Source: Candidatus Latescibacterota bacterium (lineage in GTDB: Bacteria > Latescibacterota > UBA2968). Taken from it: 64,000 bases of DNA. The DNA is taken from positions 4,640,001 through 4,704,000 of the forward strand of contig OZ242010.1 of assembly GCA_965204745.1 (NCBI GenBank). The letters are read 5' to 3'. Of the stretch, positions 8,182 to 18,626 are shown in pieces. Numbering within the stretch: position 1 is the first letter of the stretch; each line of letters starts with the position of its first letter. The position numbers were made by a program, and so were the translations under genes. The notes under the pieces were generated by a model, which saw nothing but the letters and a program-made list of their open reading frames with translations, was not told the DNA's origin and made no database searches.

Positions 8182-9978
8182 ATGAACCTCCAGAACATCC
8201 GAAATTTCTCCATCATCGCGCATATCGACCACGGCAAATCGACCTTGGCGGACCGCTTGCTCGAGCAGACGCAAACCCTGAGCAAATTCCAGATGCAAGA
8301 CCAAGTGCTCGACAGCATGGACCTCGAGCGCGAGCGGGGCATCACCATCAAGTCGCACGCCATTCGCATGGATTACAGCGCGCCGGATGGGCGGGTCTAT
8401 GAACTCAACCTCATCGACACGCCCGGGCACGTGGATTTTTCCTACGAAGTCTCGCGTAGCCTGACCGCGTGTGAAGGCGCGCTGCTCCTCGTCGATGCGG
8501 CGCAAGGCGTGGAGGCGCAAACCGTCAGCAATGTCTTGCTCGCGTTGGAACTCGACTTGGTCATCATTCCGGTCATCAACAAAATCGACCTGCCCGGCGC
8601 GGAAATCGACCGCGTGGTGATGCAACTCCACGACTTGCTCGGGGTGGAAGAAGAGGAAATCGTCAAAATCAGCGCGAAAGAAGGCATGGGCATCGACGCG
8701 CTCTTGGCCGCCATCATCGCCGACATCCCGCCGCCAAAAGGCAATCCCGACGCGCCGCTCAAGGCCCTCATCTTCGACTCGGTCTTCGACCAGTACCGCG
8801 GCGCCGTGGCCTACTTGCGCGTGGTTGACGGGGTTCTCAAAAAGCACATGCCCATCCGCATGTTCTCGACCCGGCAAACGTATAGCGCGGAAGAAATCGG
8901 CACCCTCAAACTCAAGCGCGTCCCGCAAAAAAGCCTGCGTGCAGGCGAAGTCGGCTATCTGATCGCGGGCATCAAAGACCTCGAAGACGCACGCGTGGGC
9001 GACACGGTCACCGGCGTAGCCAACCCCGCATCTGCCCCTTTGCCCGGGTACCAAAAAGTCAAACCCATGGTTTTTGCCGGGCTGTATCCCGTCTCGTCAG
9101 ACGACTTTGAAAACCTCCGCTCCGCGCTGGAAAAGTTGCACCTCAACGACGCGTCCTTGCACTACGAACCCGAAACATCGACGGCCCTCGGCTTTGGGTT
9201 TCGATGCGGCTTTCTCGGCCTGTTGCACATGGAAATCATCCAAGAACGCTTGGACCGGGAATTTGACATCGACATCATCACCACGGTTCCCAATGTCGAA
9301 TATCAGGTGCGCCTGACCAATGGCGAATTGGTACATGTGCAAAATCCCGCCCAGATGCCCCCTGCGGGACAAATCCAAGACATTGCCGAACCCGTGCTCG
9401 ACGCGCAAATCCTCGTGCCATCTGACTACGTGGGCAACATCATGCGGATCGCCCAAGACCGTCGGGGATCCTACCGCACCACCGAATACATCGACCCCAC
9501 CCGCGCCCTATTGCGCTACGACCTGCCCCTGTCCGAAATCGTGCTCGATTTTTACGACCGCCTCAAATCCGCGTCTCGGGGGTACGCGTCGTTTGACTAC
9601 GAATACAAAAAACACGCCACAGCGGACTTGGTCAAACTCGACCTGCTCATCAACGGCGACCCCTTAGACGCGCTCTCGGCCATCGTCCACCGCGACCACG
9701 CGTACGACTGGGGCCGCGCCTTGTGCCGCAAGCTCAAAACCCTGATCCCGCGCCAACTCTACGAAGTCGTCATCCAAGCGGCCATTGGCGCGAAAGTGAT
9801 CGCCCGCGAAACCGTGCGCCCCTTCCGCAAGAACGTCACGGCCAAGTGTTACGGCGGCGACATCACGCGCAAGCGCAAATTGCTCGAGCGGCAAAAAGAG
9901 GGCAAAAAGCGCATGAAGCAAGTCGGCGCCATCGAAATCCCCCAAGAGGCATTCCTCGCGGTTTTGAGGATGGAATGA
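8182..9978 (+). CDS. lepA: Elongation factor 4 (LepA)
   Basis: [44 protein letters not shown]. Confidence 0.99.
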   Translation: MNLQNIRNFSIIAHIDHGKSTLADRLLEQTQTLSKFQMQDQVLDSMDLERERGITIKSHAIRMDYSAPDGRVYELNLIDTPGHVDFSYEVSRSLTACEGALLLVDAAQGVEAQTVSNVLLALELDLVIIPVINKIDLPGAEIDRVVMQLHDLLGVEEEEIVKISAKEGMGIDALLAAIIADIPPPKGNPDAPLKALIFDSVFDQYRGAVAYLRVVDGVLKKHMPIRMFSTRQTYSAEEIGTLKLKRVPQKSLRAGEVGYLIAGIKDLEDARVGDTVTGVANPASAPLPGYQKVKPMVFAGLYPVSSDDFENLRSALEKLHLNDASLHYEPETSTALGFGFRCGFLGLLHMEIIQERLDREFDIDIITTVPNVEYQVRLTNGELVHVQNPAQMPPAGQIQDIAEPVLDAQILVPSDYVGNIMRIAQDRRGSYRTTEYIDPTRALLRYDLPLSEIVLDFYDRLKSASRGYASFDYEYKKHATADLVKLDLLINGDPLDALSAIVHRDHAYDWGRALCRKLKTLIPRQLYEVVIQAAIGAKVIARETVRPFRKNVTAKCYGGDITRKRKLLERQKEGKKRMKQVGAIEIPQEAFLAVLRME

Positions 9979-10147
9979 TGAAGGTAAGAGGGGAGAGGTA
10001 AGAGGCAAGAGGTGAAAGGCGAAAAGCGACCACATAATACCAATTTGATTTTAAGTTGTCCGCATCCTGCCTCCCATCCGAGATGAATGAGGAACAGACA
10101 TTGCCTTGAGGTGGAAGGGTGGGGGACTGACCACTGACCACTGACTA

Positions 10148-10680
10148 GATTGTGTTGACATTTCATTTGGTCCTTTGATGGCTTCTAACTCTGGTTGCTC
10201 TGATGGCGTTTTGCGAGGGTACCTATCCCCCGGCCCCGTTATTCGCTTCGCTCATTGTAGGCTACGCCTGTGCCTACGAGGAAAGGGGAGTAAAGTGCCT
10301 TTGATGGCTTCTCGCTCTAGTTGCTCTGATGGCGTTTTGCGAGGGTACCTATCCCCCGGCCCCGTTATTCGCTTCGCTCATTGTAGGCTACGCCTGTGCC
10401 TACGAGGAAAGGGGAGTAAAGCACCTTTGATGGCTTCTCGCTCTGGTTGCTCTGATGGCGTTTTGCGAGGGCATAAAGCGATTAAAAATCCCTCATCAAT
10501 CCCCTCGCAAAACCGCTCGCCATTCCCCCCTTCCTTGTAGGAAGGGGGGCCAGGGGGGTAGGTCCCGATAAGGAGCGACTGTTTCAGTTTCTCAAACCGA
10601 GAGCATATTCTGCGATAGGGCTTGATTTTCTCGATAAACCGCTCAATTCAGTTGCATGGCTCGCAAATGTCAACACAACC
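10148..10680. mobile_element. MITE family A inserted in a CTGACYA heptamer tract with TA duplication
   Basis: CTGAC[TA]GATTGTGTTGACATTT ... AAATGTCAACACAACC[TA]CTGAC; internal ~126-bp tandem duplication of a REP-A unit. Confidence 0.88.
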
Positions 10681-10723
10681 TACTGACTACTGACCACTGA
10701 CTACTGCTTCTCACGCTTTTGAT

Positions 10724-11401
10724 ATGTCGAAAAAATCCGTGACTGTCGAATATATCAAGGTCATTTTGCTCGCGTTTGCCATCGCGCTTTTTCTTCGTAC
10801 CTTTGTCGTGCAGGCGTTTCGCATTCCGTCTGGGTCGATGGAAGACACGTTGTTGATCGGCGATTTTTTGCTGGCAAACAAGTTCATCTACGGCGCGCGC
10901 ATTCCGTTTACCGGCATCCGCTTGCCGGCGGTTCGAGCGCCAGAGCCTGGGGACATCGTCATCTTTCAATACCCGCGAGACCCGTCCCGCGACTATATCA
11001 AGCGCATCGTGGCAGGGCCTGGGCAAAGCGTTGAAATCAGAAACAAAAAACTCTATGTCGATGGCGAGAGCATCCCCAATCCGCCGCGGGCAAAACACGC
11101 GGATCCCTTTGTCCGCAAATCCGCCCACACGCGCGACAACTCTCCCCTCCAAGTCGTGCCCGAGGGCAGTTATTTCGTGTTGGGCGACAACCGGGACAGA
11201 AGCGAGGACAGCCGATACTGGGGCTTTCTCGAGCGCGATCTCATTCGCGGCAAAGCGTTCGTGCTCTACTGGTCTTGGGCAACGGATACCCGCGTCCCCA
11301 AATACGACAACCCGTCCTCTCTGCCGGGCATCGCGCTCTACAACCTGCTCCATTTCCCAAGCCGCACGCGCTGGGGGCGCATCGGCATGCTCGTGGAGTG
11401 A
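10724..11401 (+). CDS. lepB: Signal peptidase I
   Basis: IPSGSMEDTL..GD, DYIKRIV, GDNRDRSEDSRYWG; follows lepA. Confidence 0.97.
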   Translation: MSKKSVTVEYIKVILLAFAIALFLRTFVVQAFRIPSGSMEDTLLIGDFLLANKFIYGARIPFTGIRLPAVRAPEPGDIVIFQYPRDPSRDYIKRIVAGPGQSVEIRNKKLYVDGESIPNPPRAKHADPFVRKSAHTRDNSPLQVVPEGSYFVLGDNRDRSEDSRYWGFLERDLIRGKAFVLYWSWATDTRVPKYDNPSSLPGIALYNLLHFPSRTRWGRIGMLVE

Positions 11402-11407
11402 AAACCC

Positions 11408-12517
11408 ATGCACCTCGGTCTTTACATTCACATCCCATTTTGCCACTCGCGGTGTCCGTATTGCGATTTTGATTTTGTCGTGGGGAAGGCGCACATGGCG
11501 AAACGCTATGTGGATGCGGTGATCGCCGAGTTGCAAAACCGCATGTTGAGCATGGACGTGCGGCCCGTGTTCGATACGATCTACTTTGGTGGGGGCACGC
11601 CCTCGGCAATTCCGCCTGAGCAACTAGGGCGCGTCCTGACAACTGTGAAAGACGCCATCTCTGCGGACGCGGAAATCACCGCAGAGGCCAATCCCAATGA
11701 TTATGCACAGCTCGAAGCATTGCGCGCCCTCGGCATCAACCGCTTGAGCTTGGGCATACAGGCATTTGCTGACCGCGCACTCAAGGCACTCGGGCGATTC
11801 CACACGGCGATTGATGCGACCGCCGCGGTTGACGCAGCGCGAGACGCGGGGTTTGAGAACATCGGCATCGACCTCATGTTTGGCGCGCCCGGGCAAACCC
11901 GGGACGAGTGGGGAAGGAGCCTGCGCCGTGCGATTGACCTGCGTCCCGAGCACATCTCGGTGTACGGCCTCACCATTGAACCGCGCACAAATTTTGCCCG
12001 CCGCTTGCAAAAAGGGCGATTGGACTTGCCGCCGGAATCAACTCAAGCCGCGATGTACTCGAAGGCGATAGACCGACTCGAAGGCGCGGGGTACGCGCAG
12101 TACGAAATCTCGAATTTCGCCCGCCCGGGATTTGCATCTCGGCACAACCGCAAGTACTGGCATGGCCGCGCTTATTGGGGCGTTGGCATGGCCGCGCATT
12201 CCCATTCCGACAACCGGCGCGCGTGGAACTCGCGCGATCTCGCAACGTACATCCACCGCGTTGAAACGACCGGACGAGCGGTTGAACGCGAAGAAACCCT
12301 CACCCCCGCGCAACGCATGATCGAGCGCGTCATGCTCGGCTTGCGCCAGCGCAGGGGGTTGCGCGCCGAGATTTCGCAGCATCCAAAAATCCGCGAGCAC
12401 TACTTGGCACTGGCAAAGCACAACCTCATCGAACAAACCGACGGCCGCATTCGCCTGACGCGCAGGGGCCTCCTCCTCGCGGACTGGGTTTGCGCCGAAC
12501 TCGTGCGAGAACTCTAA
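11408..12517 (+). CDS. hemW: Radical SAM heme chaperone HemW
   Basis: LYIHIPFCHSRCPYCDF, YFGGGTPS, YEISNFA, HNRKYW. Confidence 0.93.
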   Translation: MHLGLYIHIPFCHSRCPYCDFDFVVGKAHMAKRYVDAVIAELQNRMLSMDVRPVFDTIYFGGGTPSAIPPEQLGRVLTTVKDAISADAEITAEANPNDYAQLEALRALGINRLSLGIQAFADRALKALGRFHTAIDATAAVDAARDAGFENIGIDLMFGAPGQTRDEWGRSLRRAIDLRPEHISVYGLTIEPRTNFARRLQKGRLDLPPESTQAAMYSKAIDRLEGAGYAQYEISNFARPGFASRHNRKYWHGRAYWGVGMAAHSHSDNRRAWNSRDLATYIHRVETTGRAVEREETLTPAQRMIERVMLGLRQRRGLRAEISQHPKIREHYLALAKHNLIEQTDGRIRLTRRGLLLADWVCAELVREL

Positions 12518-13416
12518 TGGAATTTCGCCTTCGCCTGCCCGGCTCCACATCCAACTTAGGGCCTGGGTACGACGCCTTGGGCATGGCCTTGTCCATTTAC
12601 AACGAGGTCGCGGTACGCACCCGAGCGCGCCCGGGCGCGTCATTCACCATTGCCGGAGATGGGCGGGACAACTTGCCTGCGGACGAGGAAAATCTGTTTT
12701 ATCGCGCGGCCCGAGTCGCGGCGCAACGGGCGGGCAACGCCCTGCCTGGGATGGACATCCGCATGCAAAACAACATTCCGCTAGCCCGAGGGTTGGGTAG
12801 CAGTTCAACCGCGATTGTCGGCGGGGTCGTCGCGACCAACCGCTTGTTGGGCGATCCCTTTTCCCAGCAGGAGATGCTCGACATTGCCACGGCTATCGAA
12901 GGCCATCCGGACAATGTCTCGCCCTGTTTGCTCGGCGGGTTGACCGCCTCTGTGATGGACGGGCCGCGCGTGGCCTGCGTGCGCGCCGTGCCCCCTGCTG
13001 ACCTGCGCGCTGTGGTCGCCATCCCGGAATTTGAACTCAAAACCCAAGACGCCCGCGATGTGTTGCCACGGGCTATCGCCCACCGGGATGCGGTCTTCAG
13101 CGCGAGCCGCGCGTGCTTGGTAACCGCCGCGCTGATCGCGGGCGAGTTTGACCTGCTCGCGGTTGGCATGCGAGACCGCCTGCACCAGCCCTATCGCGCA
13201 AAGCTCATCCCCGCCTTTGATCAGATCTGCGAGGCCGCGGTCAAGGCCGGGGCATGGGGCGCCGCGCTATCGGGGGCAGGGCCGACCCTCATCGCGCTGA
13301 CCGCGCAAAATGCAGACGCCATAGGCCGCGCCATGACCGGCTTGTGGGCATCAAAAAACATCGCGTCGCGCTATCGCATTCTCAAAATCGACCCCCATGG
13401 AGTGACCATCACATGA
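12517..13416 (+). CDS. thrB: Homoserine kinase
   Basis: PGSTSNLGPGYD, PLARGLGSSS, EGHPDN, LSGAGPT. Confidence 0.96.
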   Translation: MEFRLRLPGSTSNLGPGYDALGMALSIYNEVAVRTRARPGASFTIAGDGRDNLPADEENLFYRAARVAAQRAGNALPGMDIRMQNNIPLARGLGSSSTAIVGGVVATNRLLGDPFSQQEMLDIATAIEGHPDNVSPCLLGGLTASVMDGPRVACVRAVPPADLRAVVAIPEFELKTQDARDVLPRAIAHRDAVFSASRACLVTAALIAGEFDLLAVGMRDRLHQPYRAKLIPAFDQICEAAVKAGAWGAALSGAGPTLIALTAQNADAIGRAMTGLWASKNIASRYRILKIDPHGVTIT

Positions 13417-15131
13417 GCCACGCAACTTTGAACCTGTGGACGCGCCTGTGTTGCATCGCGCTCGCGGGCCTGCTCGTCTTCGACTTCGCGCTGTATCCCA
13501 TCGCGGCATACGCGCAATCTCGCCGCGACCCGCGCCAAACCGAGGAAAAGCCCGACCGCCGGGAATCCACGCGGCCCTTTTCCGCGCCATCGCTCGAAGA
13601 AGCGGAAAAAGACGCGCTCCTGATCGACGTCAAAAGCATTGGCAAAGCGGCGTACGACGCGGTGATTCGCTCGGGTCGCTACGTTGTCGGGCCGGGCGAT
13701 ATTTTCGCCGTGGTGATCGATCAGGGCGAGAAGATCGAGACCTTTGAAGTGCCCGTGGGCGCGGGCGGCAACTTGCTCATTCCGGCTGTCGGCCCTGTTC
13801 CGGTTGCGTTTTTACCGCTTGCAGAGGCGAATCGCACGATCCAAACCGCGATCAAAAAACGCTTTCAGCACCTCGACATTTCCATCAGCCTGGCGCGCTT
13901 GCGGATCTTTCCGGTCAATGTGGTGGGCGAAGTACACGTCCCGGGCGCAGTCGGCGTCCACGGCGTAGAGCAAGCGTCTCAACTCATCCTCAAAGCCGGG
14001 GGCATCCTCGACGACCCCGACCGCAGGGGATCTAGCCGCAATATCCAAATCGCACGCCATGAAAACGGGCGGTGGCAACACACCGGGCGCGGGGTCGATC
14101 TCGAACTGTGGAACCGCACGGGCGACGAACAGTACAATCCCTTTCTGATCGACGGCGAACAAATCGTCGTACCCACTGCCAATGGCGATTCCATTTCCGT
14201 CACGGGCGCGGTGCAACGCCCCGGCACCTATGAATACGCGCCAGGCGACCGCGTTGCGGACCTCATCGTTTTAGGCCATGGCCTGCGTGCCCACGATCCG
14301 CCCAACCGCGCCCAACTGTTGCGCTTGTCCAAAGACGGTAACTGGACGCCCATCGCCATCGATCTGCCCCGAGCACTCGCGGGCGACCCCAGCGCGAACC
14401 TGCCCGTGCAAGCGGGCGACAAACTCTACGTCATCGGCGAAACGGCATTTGTGCGCGTTGAGGGCGAAGTGCAATTCCCAGGGCCTTTTCCCCTCAAGGA
14501 GGGGCTCCGCCTCAGAGAATTGTTGCGCCATGCCAAACTCACCCCCAAAGCCTCTGTGGTTCAGGCGTCTCTCATCCGCGAGGTCAATTTTGAAGACCAG
14601 CTCGAGGACGATCCCGCGCTCGACCGCTTGCTCGGCATTGACCGCACGCAACGCACGGACGCCGAAGAAGCCCTCGTCACCCTCAAAACCCAGCAACTTT
14701 CCGGGCGGTTGCCCATCGATTTTGCGGACCTCATGGCAGGCGACGACGAGCACGATATCCTCCTGCAAGATGGCGATGTGATCCGCATTCCCCGATTCGT
14801 GCCCTCCGTGCGCGTGACCGGCGCCGTCATTGCACCGGCGAATATCCCCCACAACCCGACCCTGACGGTGGGCGGGTATATCGACCTCGCAGGCGGTTTT
14901 AATACGCGCGCAAAGCGGAAAGACATCATCCTCGTGGAGGGCAACACGGGCAATCCCATCCGCGTTAAAGCGACCGCGTCCGTGCGACCCGGCGACGCGA
15001 TAGTGGTTCCCGCACGCGAAAGCACGCCAGGGCAAGGCTATCGCATCGCCCGCGAAACCATTGCCATGCTCGGCTCTGTTGCCTCGCTCGTCCTGACGAT
15101 CTTTTTGATCAATCGAGAACGTGGGCAGTAG
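13413..15131 (+). CDS. Polysaccharide export protein with multiple SLBB domains (Wza/KpsD-like)
   Basis: YVVGPGD, VNVVGEVHVPG, VTGAVQRPG, LQDGDVIRIP, LAGGF repeats. Confidence 0.85.
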   Translation: MSHATLNLWTRLCCIALAGLLVFDFALYPIAAYAQSRRDPRQTEEKPDRRESTRPFSAPSLEEAEKDALLIDVKSIGKAAYDAVIRSGRYVVGPGDIFAVVIDQGEKIETFEVPVGAGGNLLIPAVGPVPVAFLPLAEANRTIQTAIKKRFQHLDISISLARLRIFPVNVVGEVHVPGAVGVHGVEQASQLILKAGGILDDPDRRGSSRNIQIARHENGRWQHTGRGVDLELWNRTGDEQYNPFLIDGEQIVVPTANGDSISVTGAVQRPGTYEYAPGDRVADLIVLGHGLRAHDPPNRAQLLRLSKDGNWTPIAIDLPRALAGDPSANLPVQAGDKLYVIGETAFVRVEGEVQFPGPFPLKEGLRLRELLRHAKLTPKASVVQASLIREVNFEDQLEDDPALDRLLGIDRTQRTDAEEALVTLKTQQLSGRLPIDFADLMAGDDEHDILLQDGDVIRIPRFVPSVRVTGAVIAPANIPHNPTLTVGGYIDLAGGFNTRAKRKDIILVEGNTGNPIRVKATASVRPGDAIVVPARESTPGQGYRIARETIAMLGSVASLVLTIFLINRERGQ

Positions 15132-15319
15132 TCAGTAGTCAGGGTCAGGCCCCGTAAAACCTCTCGCATAATCCCTCGCAAAATCGCTCCTCGTTCCCTC
15201 CTGTATCTTCCTGCCAGGAAGAGGGCCAGGGGATAGGTCCCTCACCACCCAATATTTCCCGTCTTGCCTCTCCCGTCTTGCCTCTCCCCTCTTGTTTTTG
15301 GCCAGGGGGGGTAGGTCCC

Positions 15320-16393
15320 TCACCCAATATACCCTTCTCGCGTTAGGAGTTCGGCCATGAGGATGGCGCCGCCGGCTGCGCCGCGCACGGTGTTGTGGCT
15401 CAAGGCGATGAATTTGTAGTCAAAAATGGGGTCTTCGCGCAGGCGGCCCAAGGTGATGCCCATGCCATTGCCCGCGTCTCGGTCTCGGCGCGTTTGCGGT
15501 CGGTCCGGGTCTTCGAGGTACTCGAGGAATGTTTTGGGCGACGAGGGCAGGCCCGCGGTTTTGGGGTGGCTCTCCTGCCAGCGTGCGAGGATGTCTTGGA
15601 GGTCGGGCGTTTTGTCGAATGAGACGGATACGGCGGCCATGTGTCCATCGGTGACCGGCACGCGAACGCATTGGGCGGAAATGACGGGCGTGCGCGTGGG
15701 CACGATTTGGTCTTTGACGACGCGGCCCCAAATTTTGAGGGGTTCGCGCTCGCTTTTCTCCTCTTCCCCGCCGATGTAGGGGATGACGTTGTCCACCATT
15801 TCCGGCCATGATGCAAAGGTTTCGCCCGCGCCGGAAATGGCCTGATAGGTGCAGACAGAGGCTTTGGACGGGCCAAATTCCGACAAGGCGTGCAAGGCCG
15901 GGACATAGGGCTGGATGGAGCAGTTGGGTTTGACGGCGATAAAGCCGCGTTGGGCGCGGAGGCGTTTGCGCTGCGCCGGGATGATTTCCGCGTGTTGCGG
16001 GTTGATTTCCGGCATGAGGATGGGCACGTCCGGGGTCCAGCGGTGCGCCGAGTTGTTGGAGATGACCGGGGTTTCCGCTTTGGCATAAGCTTCTTCCAAA
16101 ACGCGGATGTCCTCTTTCTCCATATCGACAGCGCAACAGACAAAATCCACCTGCGCGGCAATGGCGTCAATTTCCCGCACGTCTTGGATGACGAGAGACG
16201 ATACGGCGGCGGGAATGGCACTGTCGCCTTGCGTCCACCGGCCCGCCACGGCTTCGCGGTACGTTTTGCCGGCAGAACGCGGGCTGGCTGCCACCGCGGC
16301 AATTTCGTACCACGGATGATCCGCGAGCAAGGTGACAAAGCGTTGCCCGACCATGCCGGTCGCGCCGAGCACGCCTACTTTGAGTTTGGACAT
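15320..16393 (-). CDS. asd: Aspartate-semialdehyde dehydrogenase
   Basis: VLGATGMVGQRF, KPNCS, YQAISGAG, SHNTVRGAAGG. Confidence 0.97.
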   Translation of the reverse strand: MSKLKVGVLGATGMVGQRFVTLLADHPWYEIAAVAASPRSAGKTYREAVAGRWTQGDSAIPAAVSSLVIQDVREIDAIAAQVDFVCCAVDMEKEDIRVLEEAYAKAETPVISNNSAHRWTPDVPILMPEINPQHAEIIPAQRKRLRAQRGFIAVKPNCSIQPYVPALHALSEFGPSKASVCTYQAISGAGETFASWPEMVDNVIPYIGGEEEKSEREPLKIWGRVVKDQIVPTRTPVISAQCVRVPVTDGHMAAVSVSFDKTPDLQDILARWQESHPKTAGLPSSPKTFLEYLEDPDRPQTRRDRDAGNGMGITLGRLREDPIFDYKFIALSHNTVRGAAGGAILMAELLTREGYIG

Positions 16394-16731
16394 GGATTTT
16401 CCTTTGGCAATGCAACTAGCGATCAGCAAAACGAGCGATGGATTCGATAAACGGGCAAAAACTTCACAGATTCCCCATAGTTTGTCAACTTGAAAATGGA
16501 ACCGCACCGGCGGTTGACACGCGGGGAATTGTGGATTATCGTAAGATCAATCACAACTTTCCGATTCTCCTTTGAACTGGCTGTCGCCAGTTGTACCCCG
16601 CTCGTGCCTTTGAACTGGCTGTCGCCAGTTGTACCCCGCTCGTGCCTTTTGTGCCTTTTGTGCCTTTTGTGGCTATCAAAAAATGTCCAAATCATTGTCA
16701 TACCCATTCATCATTTGACGAGGAGGATACT

Positions 16732-18141
16732 ATGAATATGGTGGTGATTTGTTGCGATACGTTTCGCGCAGATCTCGTCGGCGAGGGAAAGAAGTTGAGC
16801 CATGTGAAAACCCCGCATTTGGATCAACTCGCGGCAGATGGCCTGATGTTTGACCGCTGTTTTGCCGAGGGCTTGCCCACGATTCCGTTTCGGCGGTGCG
16901 TGTTCACGGGCATTCCGTCTTTTCCATGGCGGTTCGACACGCCCAACGAGGGGCTTCAGCCCGCGGGCGGCGGTTGGCATCCCATTCCGCCAGAGCAGGA
17001 TACCCTGGCCGAACGCCTGCACGATGCGGGCGTGGTCACGGGCTTGGTCGCCGACACGTATCACATGTTCAAGGCCACGCAGAATTTCACGCGGGGCTTT
17101 TTGTCATGGCGATTCATCCGCGGGCAAGAACAAGACGGGTACCGCTCCGGCCCCATGTCGCGGATCGACCTCGCCGCGCATGTGCGGGATGGCGATGCGG
17201 ATCCCAAAAAGCACGCGGTGATCGTGCAGTACTTGCTCAATATGCTGGATAGGCAGGAGAGCGAGGAAAATTATCTCGCGGCGCAGGTGTTCCGCACGGC
17301 GTCGCAATGGGTGGAGGACAATGCGCGCAACAAGCCGTTCTTCCTGTGGATCGACAGCTTCAGCCCACACGAATTGTGGGATCCGCCCCGACAATATGCG
17401 GATGCGTATTTTTCCGATCCCTCGGTGAAGGATTACATCCACCACAGCGCGTTGCATGTGCCCGATGCCACGGATGCGGAAATCGAGCGCACCAAGGCGT
17501 TGTACATGGGCTATGTCACGTTTGTGGATCGCTGGATCGGGCATTTGCTGGAGACGATTGATCGGCTGAATTTGCGAGACGATACTGTGGTGATGTTCCT
17601 GTCCGACCACGGCACGCAGTTGATGGACAGGGGGCGATTTGGCAAGGGCGGCAACGCGCTTTATCCCTTTAATACGCAGATCAACTGGATCATCCGGCAT
17701 CCAGATGGACCGCGCGGGCAACATTCGGGGATTTGGACGCAGAATCAGGACATCACCCCGACCATTCTCAATTTGCTGTCCGTGGAACACGAGGAGATGG
17801 CCGGGTTCGACGCATGGGCATGTGCGACGGGCAAGGCTGAACCGGCGCGGGATCACATCACAACCGGGTGGAGCAAAAATTTCAATGTGCGGGATGATCG
17901 GTACAGCATCCACCTGGACGTGGGGACAAAAGACCCGGTGCCCGTGGTGTACGACCTGCACGCGGATGCAGACGAAGAACACCCCCTGACGGATCCGCCC
18001 GCAGACGTGGTTGCCCAAGCCATCCAACGCACGCGCCGCGCCATCGGGGATTTCCCGGATGTGTTCGTGGAATACAAACAACGCCACACAGCCCGCGCCA
18101 TGCGGACGTTTATGGAGAAGTACAATTTGGGGAAGCAGTAG
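16732..18141 (+). CDS. Sulfatase / alkaline-phosphatase superfamily hydrolase
   Basis: GAGGAGG RBS; DTFRAD, TPHLD, PTIPFRR, FSPHELWDPP, SDHG. Confidence 0.88.
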   Translation: MNMVVICCDTFRADLVGEGKKLSHVKTPHLDQLAADGLMFDRCFAEGLPTIPFRRCVFTGIPSFPWRFDTPNEGLQPAGGGWHPIPPEQDTLAERLHDAGVVTGLVADTYHMFKATQNFTRGFLSWRFIRGQEQDGYRSGPMSRIDLAAHVRDGDADPKKHAVIVQYLLNMLDRQESEENYLAAQVFRTASQWVEDNARNKPFFLWIDSFSPHELWDPPRQYADAYFSDPSVKDYIHHSALHVPDATDAEIERTKALYMGYVTFVDRWIGHLLETIDRLNLRDDTVVMFLSDHGTQLMDRGRFGKGGNALYPFNTQINWIIRHPDGPRGQHSGIWTQNQDITPTILNLLSVEHEEMAGFDAWACATGKAEPARDHITTGWSKNFNVRDDRYSIHLDVGTKDPVPVVYDLHADADEEHPLTDPPADVVAQAIQRTRRAIGDFPDVFVEYKQRHTARAMRTFMEKYNLGKQ

Positions 18142-18204
18142 TCAGTAGTCAGTAGTCAGTAGTCAGTAGTCAGTAGTCAGTAGTCAGTAGTCAGTAGTCA
18201 GTAG
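18136..18204 (+). repeat. (CAGTAGT) heptamer microsatellite, 9 full copies plus a partial
   Basis: Read directly; first unit contains the sulfatase stop codon. Confidence 0.95.
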
Positions 18205-18580
18205 GTTCTGTTGACATTCACGAGCCATGCAACTAGCTGAGCGGTTTATCGAGAAAATCAAGCCCTATCGCAGAATATGCTCTCGGTTTGAGAAACTTGG
18301 AACAGTCGCGCCTTATCGGGACCTACCCCCCTAACCCCCCTTCCTGCGAGGAAGGGGGGAACTGTGAGCGGTTTTGCGAGGGGATTGATGAGGGATTTTT
18401 AATCGCTTTATGCCCTCGTAAAACGCCATCAGAGCAACCCTTGAGATAAGCCATCAAAGGAGCTTTACTCCCCTTTCCTCGTAGGAAAGGGGCCGGGGGA
18501 TAGGTCCCCTCGCGCAACGCCATCAGAGCAACCAACGAGGCTGTAGGACCAAACGCATTAAATCAGCAAGCAACACATTT
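18204..18580. mobile_element. MITE family A, inverted, one TIR missing
   Basis: [TA]GGTTCTGTTGACATT start; REP-A pair at ~18318-18360 and ~18469-18508; homology to the 4752 element ends at CAACACATTT. Confidence 0.82.
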
Positions 18581-18626
18581 AACCCACCCCACAATGTAGG
18601 GGCGCGGCACGTAGAAAGGAGAGACA

